A DNA stretch of 63,996 bases, filler included, from Malassezia furfur (lineage: Eukaryota), in the NCBI GenBank assembly GCA_052055015.1. It is 26 parts of 26 records of this genome, joined end to end, with 100 filler letters (N's around TTAATTAATTAA, not from the genome) between each part and the next. Parts side by side here need not be neighbours in the genome. Positions count along the whole stretch, not along the records: positions 22,614 to 25,003 come from JBQJIT010000923.1; positions 25,104 to 27,493 come from JBQJIT010000924.1; positions 27,594 to 29,979 come from JBQJIT010000925.1; positions 30,080 to 32,458 come from JBQJIT010000926.1; positions 32,559 to 34,932 come from JBQJIT010000927.1; 21 more parts are not named here. One strand, written 5' to 3'. The position numbers were made by a program, and so were the translations under genes. This document shows, in pieces, positions 22,614 to 33,296 of this stretch. The notes under the pieces are model-generated. The model worked only from the letters and a program-made list of their open reading frames with translations. It searched no databases and had not been told where the DNA came from. How positions within the stretch are numbered: the first letter of the stretch is position 1; the number at the start of each line of letters is the position of its first letter.

Positions 22614-24952
22614 GGATTGCGTGGGCGAACGACCGGGGCGTGCGCATCGTCGACGCGCACACGCACGATCTGATCACGCGCATCGCCGCGCCCGAGCCCG
22701 GCGTGCGTGCGGAGTTGGCGCCGTACACGCTTGTGTGGCACTCGCCGACGTCGCTGCTCGTGGCGCAGGGGCAGCGCATCACCATTGCGCGCGTGCATGC
22801 GCGCAACGCGGCGGCGGCCGACGTGCTGCAGAGTGTCTCGGGGCTCTCGACGCTGGTGCCTGGCGTCGGGGCGGCCGCGCCGTTGTTCTACGTCGAGATC
22901 ACCGACATCTTTGAGCTCGACTGCCTCGTGGCCGGCGTCGCGCCGGACGGCGACCGCCTCGTGGTGCTGGCATACGTCGTGCACGCCGACGACCTGCGCC
23001 GCCTGCGCGACGAGGGCGCCGTGCGCCTCGCGCACGATGTGCAGCACCCCGAGCTGCGCGTGATCAACGCGCACGGCGAGGAGGTGGGCAGCGACGTGCT
23101 CGACATCGACCCCGTGCGCCTGCGGTGCCGCGACGTGCACCTCGCGTCGGTCGTCGAGCGGGACGTTGCTGCGCCGGCGCATGCGCGTGCGGAGCGCCGG
23201 GTGCTGTACGTTGCGGCGCGCACGCAGCTCACCGCGGCACACCCCCGCACGGCGCGCGACCACATCGCCTGGCTGCTCGACCGCCGGGCGTACCGGGCGG
23301 CGCTCGAGGCGCTCGAGGCGCTCGGCAGCGCAGGCGCGCGCGCGCTCGGCTTCGACATGGCGGCGATCGGCCGCGCCTACCTGCAGCACCGCATCGCGCA
23401 GGGCGACTATGCGGGCGCCGCGGCGCTCTTCCCCGTGCTGCTGCGCACCGATGCGGCGGCATGGGAGGAGATGGTGCTGCTGTACCTCGACCGCGGCGAG
23501 CTGCCCGCCGTGCTGCCGCACATCCCGACGCACGAGCCGGTGCTGAGCGAGATGGTGTACGACATGGTGCTCGTCGACCTGCTGCACCACGACCCCGCGC
23601 AGCTGCTCGCGACGCTGCGCACGTGGCCCGCGTCGATCTACTCGCGGCAGGCGGTCGCGGCGGCGATCCAGGACCGCGCCGCGGGCTCGATGACGCTCGT
23701 GGCGTGCCTCGCGGAGCTGTACCTCGCGTCGCACGCGCCGGGCAAGGCGCTGGGCTACCTGCTGCAGCTGCGCGACCCCACGGTGTTTGCGCTGATCCGC
23801 GAGCACAACCTGTTCACCGACGTGCAGGACAAGCTCGCGCAGCTCGTCGCGCTCGACCAGGACCTCGCCGGCACGCCGCGGCCCGCGGCGAACGCCGTGA
23901 CGCCGCTCCTCGTCGACCACCTGCACTCGATCCCGATCGGGCGCGCCATGGCGCAGCTCGCGCCGTTCCCGTGGTATGCGTACGTGTACCTCGATGCGCT
24001 CTTTGACCGCGACCCGCCGCTCGTGTCCGAGTACCCCAACGAGCTCGTGGCGCTCTACGCCGAGTTCCACTACGCCAAGCTCATGCCCTTCTTGCGCACA
24101 ATGAGCTACGTGTACTCCTTCGAAAAGGCGTACCAGGTGTGCGAGGCGCACGACTACGTCCCCGAGATGATCTTCTTGCTGGGGCGCACGGGCGACGTGC
24201 GCGGCGCCCTCAACCTCATCATCGAGCGCCTGCACGACGTGCGCATGGCCGTCGACTTTGTCAAGCAGCAGGACGACGCGGAGCTGTGGGACCGCCTGCT
24301 CGACTACGCACGCGACCGCCCCGCGTTCCTGCGCGGGCTGCTCGAGCACGTCGGCGGCGAGATCGACCCGTCGCGCATCCTGCGCCTCATCCGCCCCGGC
24401 CTCGCGATCCCCGGGCTGAAGCACGCGGTGATCAAGACGCTGCACACCATCCACCTCCAGCACTCGCTCCTCCAGGGGTGCCGCGACGTGCAGACCCAGG
24501 CGGTGAACGAGCTGACGGCACACTACCGCGCCTCGCTCGACGCCGCGCGCGCCTGCGACGCCCACACGCGCTGCGTCGTGTGCGCCGCGCCGCTCCTCGC
24601 GCGCGCCGAGGCCGCCGTGCTCTTTTTCTGCTGGCACGCCGCGCATCTCGCGTGCGTCGCTCCGGACACGGCGCGCGCCGCGGCGCCCACGCCCTTCGCG
24701 CCGGTCGAGGCGCCCGCCAGTGCGCGGTATGCGCGCGAGAGCGCCGCATGGGTGCGCGCCGACCCCGCCAACGACGCGCTGCCGAGCCTCGCAGCGGACC
24801 GCGACGAGACGCGCTGGACGCCCGCGGCCCAGACACAGGCCCAGGTGCAGCACCGCGCCGTGCGCCGCGCCAAGCAGCTCGCCACGCTCCCGCTCGCGCA
24901 CACTGGGTGCCCGGTGTGTGCGGAGCGCAACGCGTACCGCCTCGAGGAATAG
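22614..24952 (+). CDS. VPS41: HOPS subunit Vps41 (5' partial)
   Basis: IAWANDRGVRIVD, RDHIAWLL, clathrin-repeat region (LMPFLR..YSFEKAYQVCEAHDYVPEMIFLLGRTG...QDDAELWDRLL), C-terminal RING-H2. Confidence 0.93.
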
Positions 24953-25103
24953 GGTATCTAGACTATGTGCACACCGACGCCGGCGGCTCCACCTGGGGGA
25001 CCTNNNNNNNNNNNNNNNNNNNNNNNNNNNNNNNNNNNNNNNNNNNNTTAATTAATTAANNNNNNNNNNNNNNNNNNNNNNNNNNNNNNNNNNNNNNNNN
25101 NNN

Positions 25104-27493
25104 CGCCGACTCGCGGGTCGGCTTGGGCGTCTCGGTGCGCTCTTCGTGGGACTTGCGTGCGGGTGCCTCGGACGACGGCCGCCCGTCTTGGCTAAGGCGC
25201 ACGGGCGTGCCGGGCTCCTTGCCGCCCTCAAACGCGTCCATTGCGTTGAGACGCGGCGACTGTGTCGCGGGCGGCCGCTTCCCGAACGAGAAGCGCGGGC
25301 GGTACGCGAGCGGCGGCGTTGCACTACCCCCACTCTTTTCCATCGACGCGCGCGCGACCGACGGCGGGGGCACGGGCGGCGGCGTCTTGGTCTGCAGCAC
25401 CTCGGCGAGGCGCTCGCCCTTCCACGCCGGCTCGTGCAACGCCTGCATCTTGCTTGCGAGGTGCTCGACGTCGCGGCGCATGCGCTGGTGTGCCTCGGGC
25501 GTGCGCACCTCGATCTTGCCGAGCGCCACGCTCCAGCTCGCGTCAATGTCCTGGCACACCCTGGCGAGGATCGCCTGCGCGGACGCCGTGTCGAGGTACT
25601 GCGTCATGACGCGGTGCAGTGTGCCCGTCTCGCGCACGAGGTCCTGCACTGCCTGGCTCGGTGGCGCGTCGTCGGCAAACGGCGCGTCCCAGTCGTGCTG
25701 GGCGGCCAGGGCACGTGCGTGCACCTGGATGCGGTCGCCCATGATCGCGACGAGCTTGGCGTGGATCTCGAGCTGGTGCTCGGCAAAGTCGCGCTGCAGC
25801 TTGTCGAACTCGTTCAGCAGCACCGCCTGCTGCGGCCGCAGGTGGCGCGCACACAGCGCACGCAGCGGCGCAATCAGCGACACCATCAGCGACAGCGACT
25901 GCGACGCCAGCGCCAGGTGCCGCGCGGTAATGTTCTTCAGGCCCGCCGAGCGCATGGCCCCCGCGCCGAGCACCACTTGGCACGTGCGCGAGTTGAACTG
26001 CTTCAAAAACTCAACCACCCACCCGAGCGTCTCGGCGGCGAACATGGGCAGGTTGACCAGCACACGCACATAGTCGCTCAGCAGCGTCAGCACCACACCG
26101 CTCGCGCGCACCACAAAGTAGCGCTCGTCGTCGAGCGTGAGCGTACGCTGCGCCTCGCCCGTCGCAGCGGGTGCGGCCGACGCCGGCGGCGCAAACAGGC
26201 GCGTCGCGATCGTGTATGCGTCGCCGTCGCGCTCGGCCGTCGCACGGAGCTGCGCAACGGTGTGCACCAGCTCGGGAGGCACCGGGGCCGGCGCCCACAC
26301 CTCCTCCTCTACGGCCTTGACCGCGCGCTCGATGCGCGTCTTGTGCAGGTGTGCCAAGAACGTCTTGGCCTGCGCGAGCACCGCGCTGCGCAGGCCGACG
26401 GCCGCGCGGTCGTTGGCACACTCGATGCGGTGCACAAATTGCCACGCGAGCGCAAAGTACGGCACAAATGTCTCGAGCGGTTCCTCGGCGAGCCGCGGCG
26501 TGCGTGCCGTCAGCACCTGCGTCGCGATGCGCTGCGCACGCGCCCAGGCGGCGTGGGTCGCCATGTCGAGCGACTCGGCGGCCTCGCGGCTGTCGGACGC
26601 GGCGCGGCGCAGCTGTGCGTCCTGCGCCGCACACACGCGCGCGCTCAGCAGCACCGCACGGAACAGCACCGCACACAACCCCACATACTCGTCCCACGAC
26701 GCGGCGCGCACGCGCTGCAGCGCCTCGTCGCTCTCACGCACGAGCGCCGCTGCCCACGCAGCGTCGGTGTCGTGGGCCAATGCCGCGCCTGCGATGCGCT
26801 CGAGACGCCGACTCGACTGCTCGGCGTACGTCGCCAAAGCGCCGCCGAGCGCGCTGCAGCGCTGCAAAAGCGCCACGACGCGCGCGGCTTCGGGCCACGC
26901 GGCATCCTCCACGGCCTCGGCGGCGGGCAGCACGGTGTCGACGGCGACGTCGCGCGCGTGCGCCGCGCCGAGGTCGATGGGCGGCTGCTTGTCGATGGCG
27001 TCGTCGAGCAGCTGTGCGAGCTCGCGCTGGAGCGCCGTGCCGATGCTCTCCTGCGCCTCGTCGAGCTGCGGCACGAGCGGCTGCAGCGCCCGCAGCGGTG
27101 CACCGCCCGCCAGCTCGCCACGCAGCTCGTCGAGCACCGCGAGCGCATTTTCCAGCTCGCCGTGCTGCACGAGCAGCAGGAGCAAATCGCGGCGCTCGAG
27201 CAGGCGCCGCACGTCGTCGAGCATCGCGGCCTGCTTCGCGAGCTGCTCGTGCTCGGTCTGCAGCGTGGCGAGGCGCAGGCCGCTGGCGACCTGCTCGCCG
27301 ACGCTCGCGAGGTGCGCGTGGAGCGCGTCGATCTGTGCGATGCACGCCGCGGTGTCCTTGCTGAGCTGCTGCAGCGTCTCGAGGGCGTCGAAGAAGGAGG
27401 CGCTGCGCGCGCCGATCTCGACGACGAGGTGCTGCTCAATGACGTCCGAGTAGTAGCTCAGCTTCTCCTGCAGCATCTGGTTGAGCACGACGC
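25104..27493 (-). CDS. VPS54: GARP subunit Vps54 (partial at both ends)
   Basis: LQEKLSYYSDVIEQHLVVEI..RSASFFDAL and FNSRTCQVVLGAGAMRSAGLKNITARHLALASQSL. Confidence 0.95.
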
Positions 27494-27593
27494 NNNNNNN
27501 NNNNNNNNNNNNNNNNNNNNNNNNNNNNNNNNNNNNNTTAATTAATTAANNNNNNNNNNNNNNNNNNNNNNNNNNNNNNNNNNNNNNNNNNNN

Positions 27594-29952
27594 GCACCGT
27601 CTGCACCACCGACATGCGCTGCTCGCGCATCACCGAGAGCGCCTCAAAGATGATGTCCGTCGTGCCGTACCACACGTCGCGCGCCTCGCGCACTTCGGAC
27701 GCGTCGCGGTCCGCCTTGCCTTGCTCGGCCGCGTCGAGGCGCGCCTGGACGCGCTGCAGGTAGTACAACACGGTGTCAATGATGATCTGTGTGCCCGTGC
27801 GCCCGATGCCCGCCGAGCAGTGCACGACGATCGGACCATCGTGCGCGCCGCGCGCCGCCTCCGCGCGCGCCGACAGCGCGAGCAGCTCGTCGGCCGAGTC
27901 GGGCACGCTGTGGTCTGGCCAGCCGAGGTACTGGAACTGGTGCACGCGGCGTGTCGCGTCATCGCGGCGCACGACAAGCACACGGTGCAGTGCAATGGGC
28001 GCGTCGCCCGCGAGACCGAGGTCGGCGCGCGTCAGCGTCTCCTCGCGCTCGACCTCCACCGAGAGTTTCGGCGAGGCAAACGTCCAATAGTTGTGGCACT
28101 GCAGCCGGCCCGCCTCAAACTCGCGCGCCAGCATCACAATGACATGGGTATTCTGCTCCCAGATCGCCTCCCAAAACGCAAGGAACGTCACGGGGAGCGG
28201 CGCTTGCGTCGCGATGCTCACGCGGTGGCTCCCGCGATGGCGCAGCGGGTTGACAAACGATGCATTCACGTAGTTCGACCCAGGGTCGTTGGGGTCCAGC
28301 GGATGCGACAGCTTCACGCGCGAGTGCTCAAACGTCCACAGATTGCGGTACCGGTTGTCCATCCCTCGCTCGAGCGCCGCCGTAATGCTCAGCGGGAAAC
28401 CGCCGTCCTGCGGCACCTCACGCTCCGTCGGTGTCTGTGGGTGCGCCGCACGCGTCGAGAGCTGGGCAGTGTCGATGCGCGTGTCGTTGTGCGAGTGGCG
28501 GCGCATCACGCCTTGCAGCCGCTCCTGCTCGCTCTTTTCAATCCGGAAAAAGAGCTCGGCGAGGTGCTCGGCACGCTTTTTGGAGGGCAGCGCCAGCAGC
28601 GACTGGAGGAACGCTGGCAGGCGCGCTTTTTGTGCATCGGACAGTTCGCCCGGCTCGAGCGGGACCACGTCGGTGATGCCGCACGATAGCTCGAGATTCT
28701 GCCGAATGTTGTCAAAGAACGGGTTCGCCGCCTGTGCCGGGGCCTGAGCGTCGCACGTCGGCAGCCGGAACGCCTCAAGCGACAAGCCACGTGGCCGAAC
28801 GATCTCGGGTGACACAGGCAGGGACTGCGCGCGCACCGCCTGCACCTCGTCCCGCACAATGTACGGCTTGGCCTCGACGAGCGCCTGGAACGCCGAAAAA
28901 CCGCCGTGCAGCCAGCACAGGTGCCCGGGGTACTCTTCCTGCGCAAATTTGCAAAGCAGGCCCACCAGGCACGGACCGCCGCCGCCCGACGTCGAGCGGC
29001 CCATGCTCGTCGCCGACACGGCGTCAGTGTCGAGCACAATAACCCACGCATTTGCTGCGTGTGTGCGCCACGCCGCAAAGCGCTCGCGCTCGGCACCAGG
29101 GTCCAGCATCTGCGTCTCGAGACGCTCGAGCGTGAACTCTTTGCGCTTCAGCAGCGTGCTGGGCGCACACAGGTTCACACTATCGCTAATGTGACCACGT
29201 GCAAACGCTGTCGCAGGACGAATGTCGACCACCAACACCGGATCCTCTGCCTGGAGCCGCTCGACCAGATCCGCGGCGGTAAGCGACTGGATGCGCCCAG
29301 AAGCCAGCTCGGGGATGTTGGGCGATGGCGAGCGTGACTGGGGCCGGCGGGCCGCGAGTGCACCCTGCGGCAGCGCCGCACCACTGGGCACCGCACCGCC
29401 CTGCCCAGGCAGACGCAACGTCGGTATCGACAAATTCGGCGCGCTGCTGGGCCGCTTTTCGGCCTCGTGTGGCACTGTCGGGAAAAAGCTCGGCACGCCA
29501 GGTGAGGGACGCGGCGCTTCAAGGGTGGGAGACGCCACAGGTGCCGCAGGCACCGCAGGCACCGCAGGCGGTGCGGGGGCCGCAGGCATGCCGGGCACGC
29601 CCAAGAACGCGGACGACGCGCGAGGTGCGTCATTCGGTGCTTGGGCCCCGGTGGTAGACGGCACAGCACCCGGGGTACGCGGCAGCGTAAGTGGCGTACG
29701 TGGCAGGTTCAGTGGCGTACGCGGCATTGCCGGCGCATTGGGCGTGCGTCCTCCAAGTGCAGGTGGGGCAAGCATGGCGGCCCACGGGTGGTCGGGCGGC
29801 ACCACGGGTTCGGCGCGCTCCGGCGACGCCACGGCTGCTGCCGCCGGCGTGTCGGGCGCTACAGAGAGCGTAAAGTAGTCCGGCGGACCATTGGGCTGCT
29901 CGCCGCGGGACGGATCCGCGGCGAACGCGCGGCCAGGCGGTCCGTCGGCCAT
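27594..29952 (-). CDS. MAPK-directed tyrosine phosphatase with rhodanese domain (Ptp2/Ptp3/Pyp1 type), 3' partial
   Basis: VVDIRP..FARGHISDSVNLCAPSTLLKR (rhodanese), NRYRNLWTFEHSRV, YVNASF, GWPDHSVP, VVHCSAGIGRTG, MREQRMSVVQT. Confidence 0.92.
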
Positions 29953-30231
29953 AGAGACGCAGACGCCGTGCGAGTCGAANNNNNNNNNNNNNNNNNNNNN
30001 NNNNNNNNNNNNNNNNNNNNNNNTTAATTAATTAANNNNNNNNNNNNNNNNNNNNNNNNNNNNNNNNNNNNNNNNNNNNGTTGCTGCACGAGAAACGCCT
30101 CGCGCTGGGCAATCACATTGGAGCCGTTGCGCCCCGCGCCCCACGCACGCGCCGGGGCCGGGGCCGGGCGTTTGGATCAGAAACACACAAGGTCTATACA
30201 CGAGCTATGAACGAGGGAAAAATAGACGCAT

Positions 30232-31200
30232 CTACAGGTAGTGCACGAGCATCGGCGAAAAGCTCAGCGAGTCGGGCAGGCCCAGCGCCGGCGGCTCCTC
30301 GTCCGAGAGCCGGTTGTTGGGCACGACGGCGGTGCGGGTCGGCGCGGCGCGCGTCGGTGCGCGCGGCGGCGCAACGTCGACCGCGCCGGCGGGCTTCTCG
30401 GCGACGCCGCGCTCAAAGTCGAGGCCGAGCAGCCACGCATCGTCGTGCAGGCCGAGCGACAGGCGCTTGCTGGCGCCCGTGTCGAGCGTCGGCAGCGCAG
30501 GGGCGGTGTCGAGCACGGGCAGCTCGGGCGTGGTGCCGAGCGCGGGCGAGGGCACTTCTTGCATCGACGGCAGCGTGCTCGACGGGCCCTGCGCACTGGC
30601 GCGCTTGGTGCCTGCCTGCGCAGGATGCAGCAGGCTCGACGACGACGCGGCGACGGTCGTCGGCGCGGTCGACTGCGATGCGTGGCTGAACAGCGAGGGC
30701 GAGTCGCTCAGGCGCGCCTGCGACAGGCGCTGGCTCGTGCGCGCCGAGCCGCTGGGCGTCGGCGGCTGGCCCGGCGCAATCATCTCGGGCAAAAAGAGGT
30801 CGTCGTGGTCCGAGTGCGCCGTCATGAAGCTGTCACGCTGCGACGGCGTCACCGGCTCCGACAAAAGGTGCGCCGACGGGATCGGCACGCGCTGCAGCAG
30901 CTTCGGCGAGGTCGCCGCGGCGTACTCGGCGTCCCACCCACCGACGCTGCGGCTCCGGCGGCGCGCACGCATCTCCGACTCGCGGCGGCGCAGCGTGTGC
31001 TGCACGGGCTCGGGCTCCTCGTAGGCGCGCGCGGGCTCCGGCGTCGGCGCGGGCTCCGGAGCCGGCGTCTGCACCTTGCGGAACAGCGCGTGCAGCAGGC
31101 CGCTGCGCGGCGCCGGCTTGTCGGCGCGCGGCGACGCAGTGCGCGTGTAGTAGGCGCTCGGCTGCGTCTCGGTGGGGGCGCGCGGCGACGGCGTGAGCTG
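30232..31200 (-). CDS. Low-complexity Ser/Pro-rich protein, C-terminal part, 5' end missing
   Basis: Coding-like frame (RRRESEMRARRRSRSVGGWD, RDSFMTAHSDHD). It extends upstream to a stop near 31270 with no ATG before 31074. Confidence 0.5.
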   Translation of the reverse strand, partial: QLTPSPRAPTETQPSAYYTRTASPRADKPAPRSGLLHALFRKVQTPAPEPAPTPEPARAYEEPEPVQHTLRRRESEMRARRRSRSVGGWDAEYAAATSPKLLQRVPIPSAHLLSEPVTPSQRDSFMTAHSDHDDLFLPEMIAPGQPPTPSGSARTSQRLSQARLSDSPSLFSHASQSTAPTTVAASSSSLLHPAQAGTKRASAQGPSSTLPSMQEVPSPALGTTPELPVLDTAPALPTLDTGASKRLSLGLHDDAWLLGLDFERGVAEKPAGAVDVAPPRAPTRAAPTRTAVVPNNRLSDEEPPALGLPDSLSFSPMLVHYL

Positions 31201-31209
31201 GGCGGCGAG

Positions 31210-31527
31210 CCGCCGGAGGTGTCGATGGAGCGCGTCGAGGAGCTGGTGGCCATCGGCGAGGACCAGCTAACCCTCAAGGCGCTGCCGGAGCTGCGTGCGC
31301 TCGCGCGCGAGATGCGCGCGCTGTCGAAGCAGATGAGCGATCTGCTGGCGCACCATCTGATGGTGCGCGAGGCGTTCCATGCGGACGCCGAGGTGTACAA
31401 TGCCATGATCCGCGACCTGGTCGCTGGTGCGTCGACGAAGCATGCGACGACGCGCAAGCTTGAGAAGCGCGGGCTGCTAAGCCGCGCGACATCGCTGCGC
31501 CGCTCGCGGCCCGGGACGCCGACATAG
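31210..31527 (+). CDS. Helical C-terminal fragment of an unknown protein (or small ORF from ATG 31225)
   Basis: MERVEELVAIGEDQ...MSDLLAHHLMVREAFHADAEVYNAMIRDLVAGA...GTPT*. Coding-like codon usage only downstream of about 31210. Confidence 0.5.
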   Translation, partial: PPEVSMERVEELVAIGEDQLTLKALPELRALAREMRALSKQMSDLLAHHLMVREAFHADAEVYNAMIRDLVAGASTKHATTRKLEKRGLLSRATSLRRSRPGTPT

Positions 31528-31567
31528 GATGTAGTGGACCGAGCGAGGTGGGTGCAGAGGAGGAGGC

Positions 31568-31684
31568 TGGGTATCTAGCTAGGGGAGCGTGTGGGAGCGG
31601 AGGAAGAGGTTGGGTATCTAGCTAGGGGCGCGTGCGGGAGGCATCCGAGGGTCGGCGCGTGCGGGAGGCATCCGAGGGTCGGCG
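31568..31684. repeat. Compound repeat: 30-nt unit x2 at 43-nt period, plus 27-nt unit x2
   Basis: TGGGTATCTAGCTAGGGG(A/C)GCGTG(T/C)GGGAG at 31568 and 31611. GGCGCGTGCGGGAGGCATCCGAGGGTC at 31627 and 31654. Confidence 0.85.
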
Positions 31685-32320
31685 GGTTCGGTCGGCTTCC
31701 GACGGTCGGCGCGCCGCGGGCCGCACCGCCTCGGGGCGCACCACCTCGGGCTGCGCCGCCCCCGAAGGCCGGCGGGCGTGCGCCTCTGCCTTCCCGTGGC
31801 TGCGGTGCGCAGCGCGCGCGGCGTAGGCCGCGGCGATGGCATCCGCGCTCTTTTCTACAAACGCGGGGTTGTCGTGCGTGGGCTTGCACGGCAAGACGGC
31901 ACCGGCGCGCTTGGCGCGCTCGTATGCCTCGTTGGGCACGAGATCCTTGTGCCGGTGCGGGGAGATGTGCAGAAAGCGCACGACGCAGTACGCTTCGGGG
32001 CACACGCGGTGCTTTTCCGCCTCGTCGTAGCCGATGAGCGGCCAGGTGCCGTCGACGTGCCAGGCGTGCTTGAGTGTTTTGACCTGGGTGAGCGGGCAGC
32101 GTACCACGAGGTTCAGCGGGATGCCCCGCGGCTGGTTCGGCATCGCCACCGAGCGCCGCGAGTCGAGCGTGCGGTACAGCGGCCCGAGCAGTTTCTGCGA
32201 CGCGGCCAGTTCCTCGGCGTTGGGGTCATTGGAAAAGAGCGCCTCGATACGTGCCAGTGCTGCGCGGTACTTGGCCTCGTTCGGGGGCACGCGCCCGTCC
32301 AGGGAGGCGGTCGTGCCCAT
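31622..32320 (-). CDS. Hypothetical protein; in-frame 21-nt intron 32084-32104
   Basis: Complete ORF with a complex central region. The canonical micro-intron GTACGCTGCCCGCTCACCCAG supports strand and gene status. Confidence 0.6.
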   Translation of the reverse strand: MGTTASLDGRVPPNEAKYRAALARIEALFSNDPNAEELAASQKLLGPLYRTLDSRRSVAMPNQPRGIPLNLVVRCPLTQVKTLKHAWHVDGTWPLIGYDEAEKHRVCPEAYCVVRFLHISPHRHKDLVPNEAYERAKRAGAVLPCKPTHDNPAFVEKSADAIAAAYAARAAHRSHGKAEAHARRPSGAAQPEVVRPEAVRPAARRPSEADRTRRPSDASRTRRPSDASRTRP

Positions 32321-32558
32321 CCTTCGGGGCGCAAGAACCGTGGGGTGCGGCGTAGGAAGCCTCCACATGCACCCAGCGGTGCGCGTTGCGGGCGTGCGGA
32401 GCGCGGCGCTACGGCGCGCAGCGCAGGGGGCTGCGTCGGCCGCGCCGCCGTGCGGGGTNNNNNNNNNNNNNNNNNNNNNNNNNNNNNNNNNNNNNNNNNN
32501 NNTTAATTAATTAANNNNNNNNNNNNNNNNNNNNNNNNNNNNNNNNNNNNNNNNNNNN

Positions 32559-33219
32559 GCGGCCCCAGGGGCGCTTTGGCGGCCAGCGCCCGCGCCCAGG
32601 CCTCGGCACGCACCCATGCGCCGCCGTGCCGCACGCCGAGCCCATCGAGGGCATCGGCGGCGTCCAGCAGCGCATCGCGATCGACGTCGGGCACGTACGC
32701 GGCATGAACGACCGCCACGATGCACCGCAGGGCGGCCGCCGAGCACGACGGTACTCGTGCGGACGTGCACCGCACGGCGCATAGATCAGGATCCAGCGTG
32801 TCGGCATCGATCGCGCGCAGGTCGTCCTGCAGTGGGCAGAGGCACGCGGCGACCGTGGCCTCGCCGATGCGCAGGTGCCGCGCGAGTCTTGGCACGAGGT
32901 CCGTGCGTCGCTCATCGGTATACATCCAGTGCACAACGTCGCGCACAAGCTGTGCGGCCTGCGCGCCCCGTGGCGAGCGGCGCCACAACCGCTGCACGCC
33001 CCTGGGCCAGAGCCACGACGCAAGTGCGCCGCGCAGCCGCGCGCGGATCATCCCTGCGTGAGTGTGTCGCGTACCCTGATGCGCGTGCTCGGTACCGTCC
33101 GCCAGCGCCCACGTGTACACCGTTGCATCCGTGGAGCGCCGCGCCTCAAGCGCGCGCAGATCTGCGCGCCATGCGTGCTGCGCGTCGGCGGCGATCGCGT
33201 GCGCCCACGGCGCGCTCAT
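32559..33219 (-). CDS. Hypothetical protein, possibly degenerate BTB/POZ (3' partial); in-frame 21-nt intron 33054-33074
   Basis: EHAHQGMIRAR and VVHWMYTD resemble BTB elements. Micro-intron GTACGCGACACACTCACGCAG. Confidence 0.45.
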
Positions 33220-33296
33220 CGTCGCTGCATGCCCCACAGGTGGAGGCCGGCTCGGCGAGATTTTGCGCCGGCCGGACTTCTTCCAAACGAGGGGGA

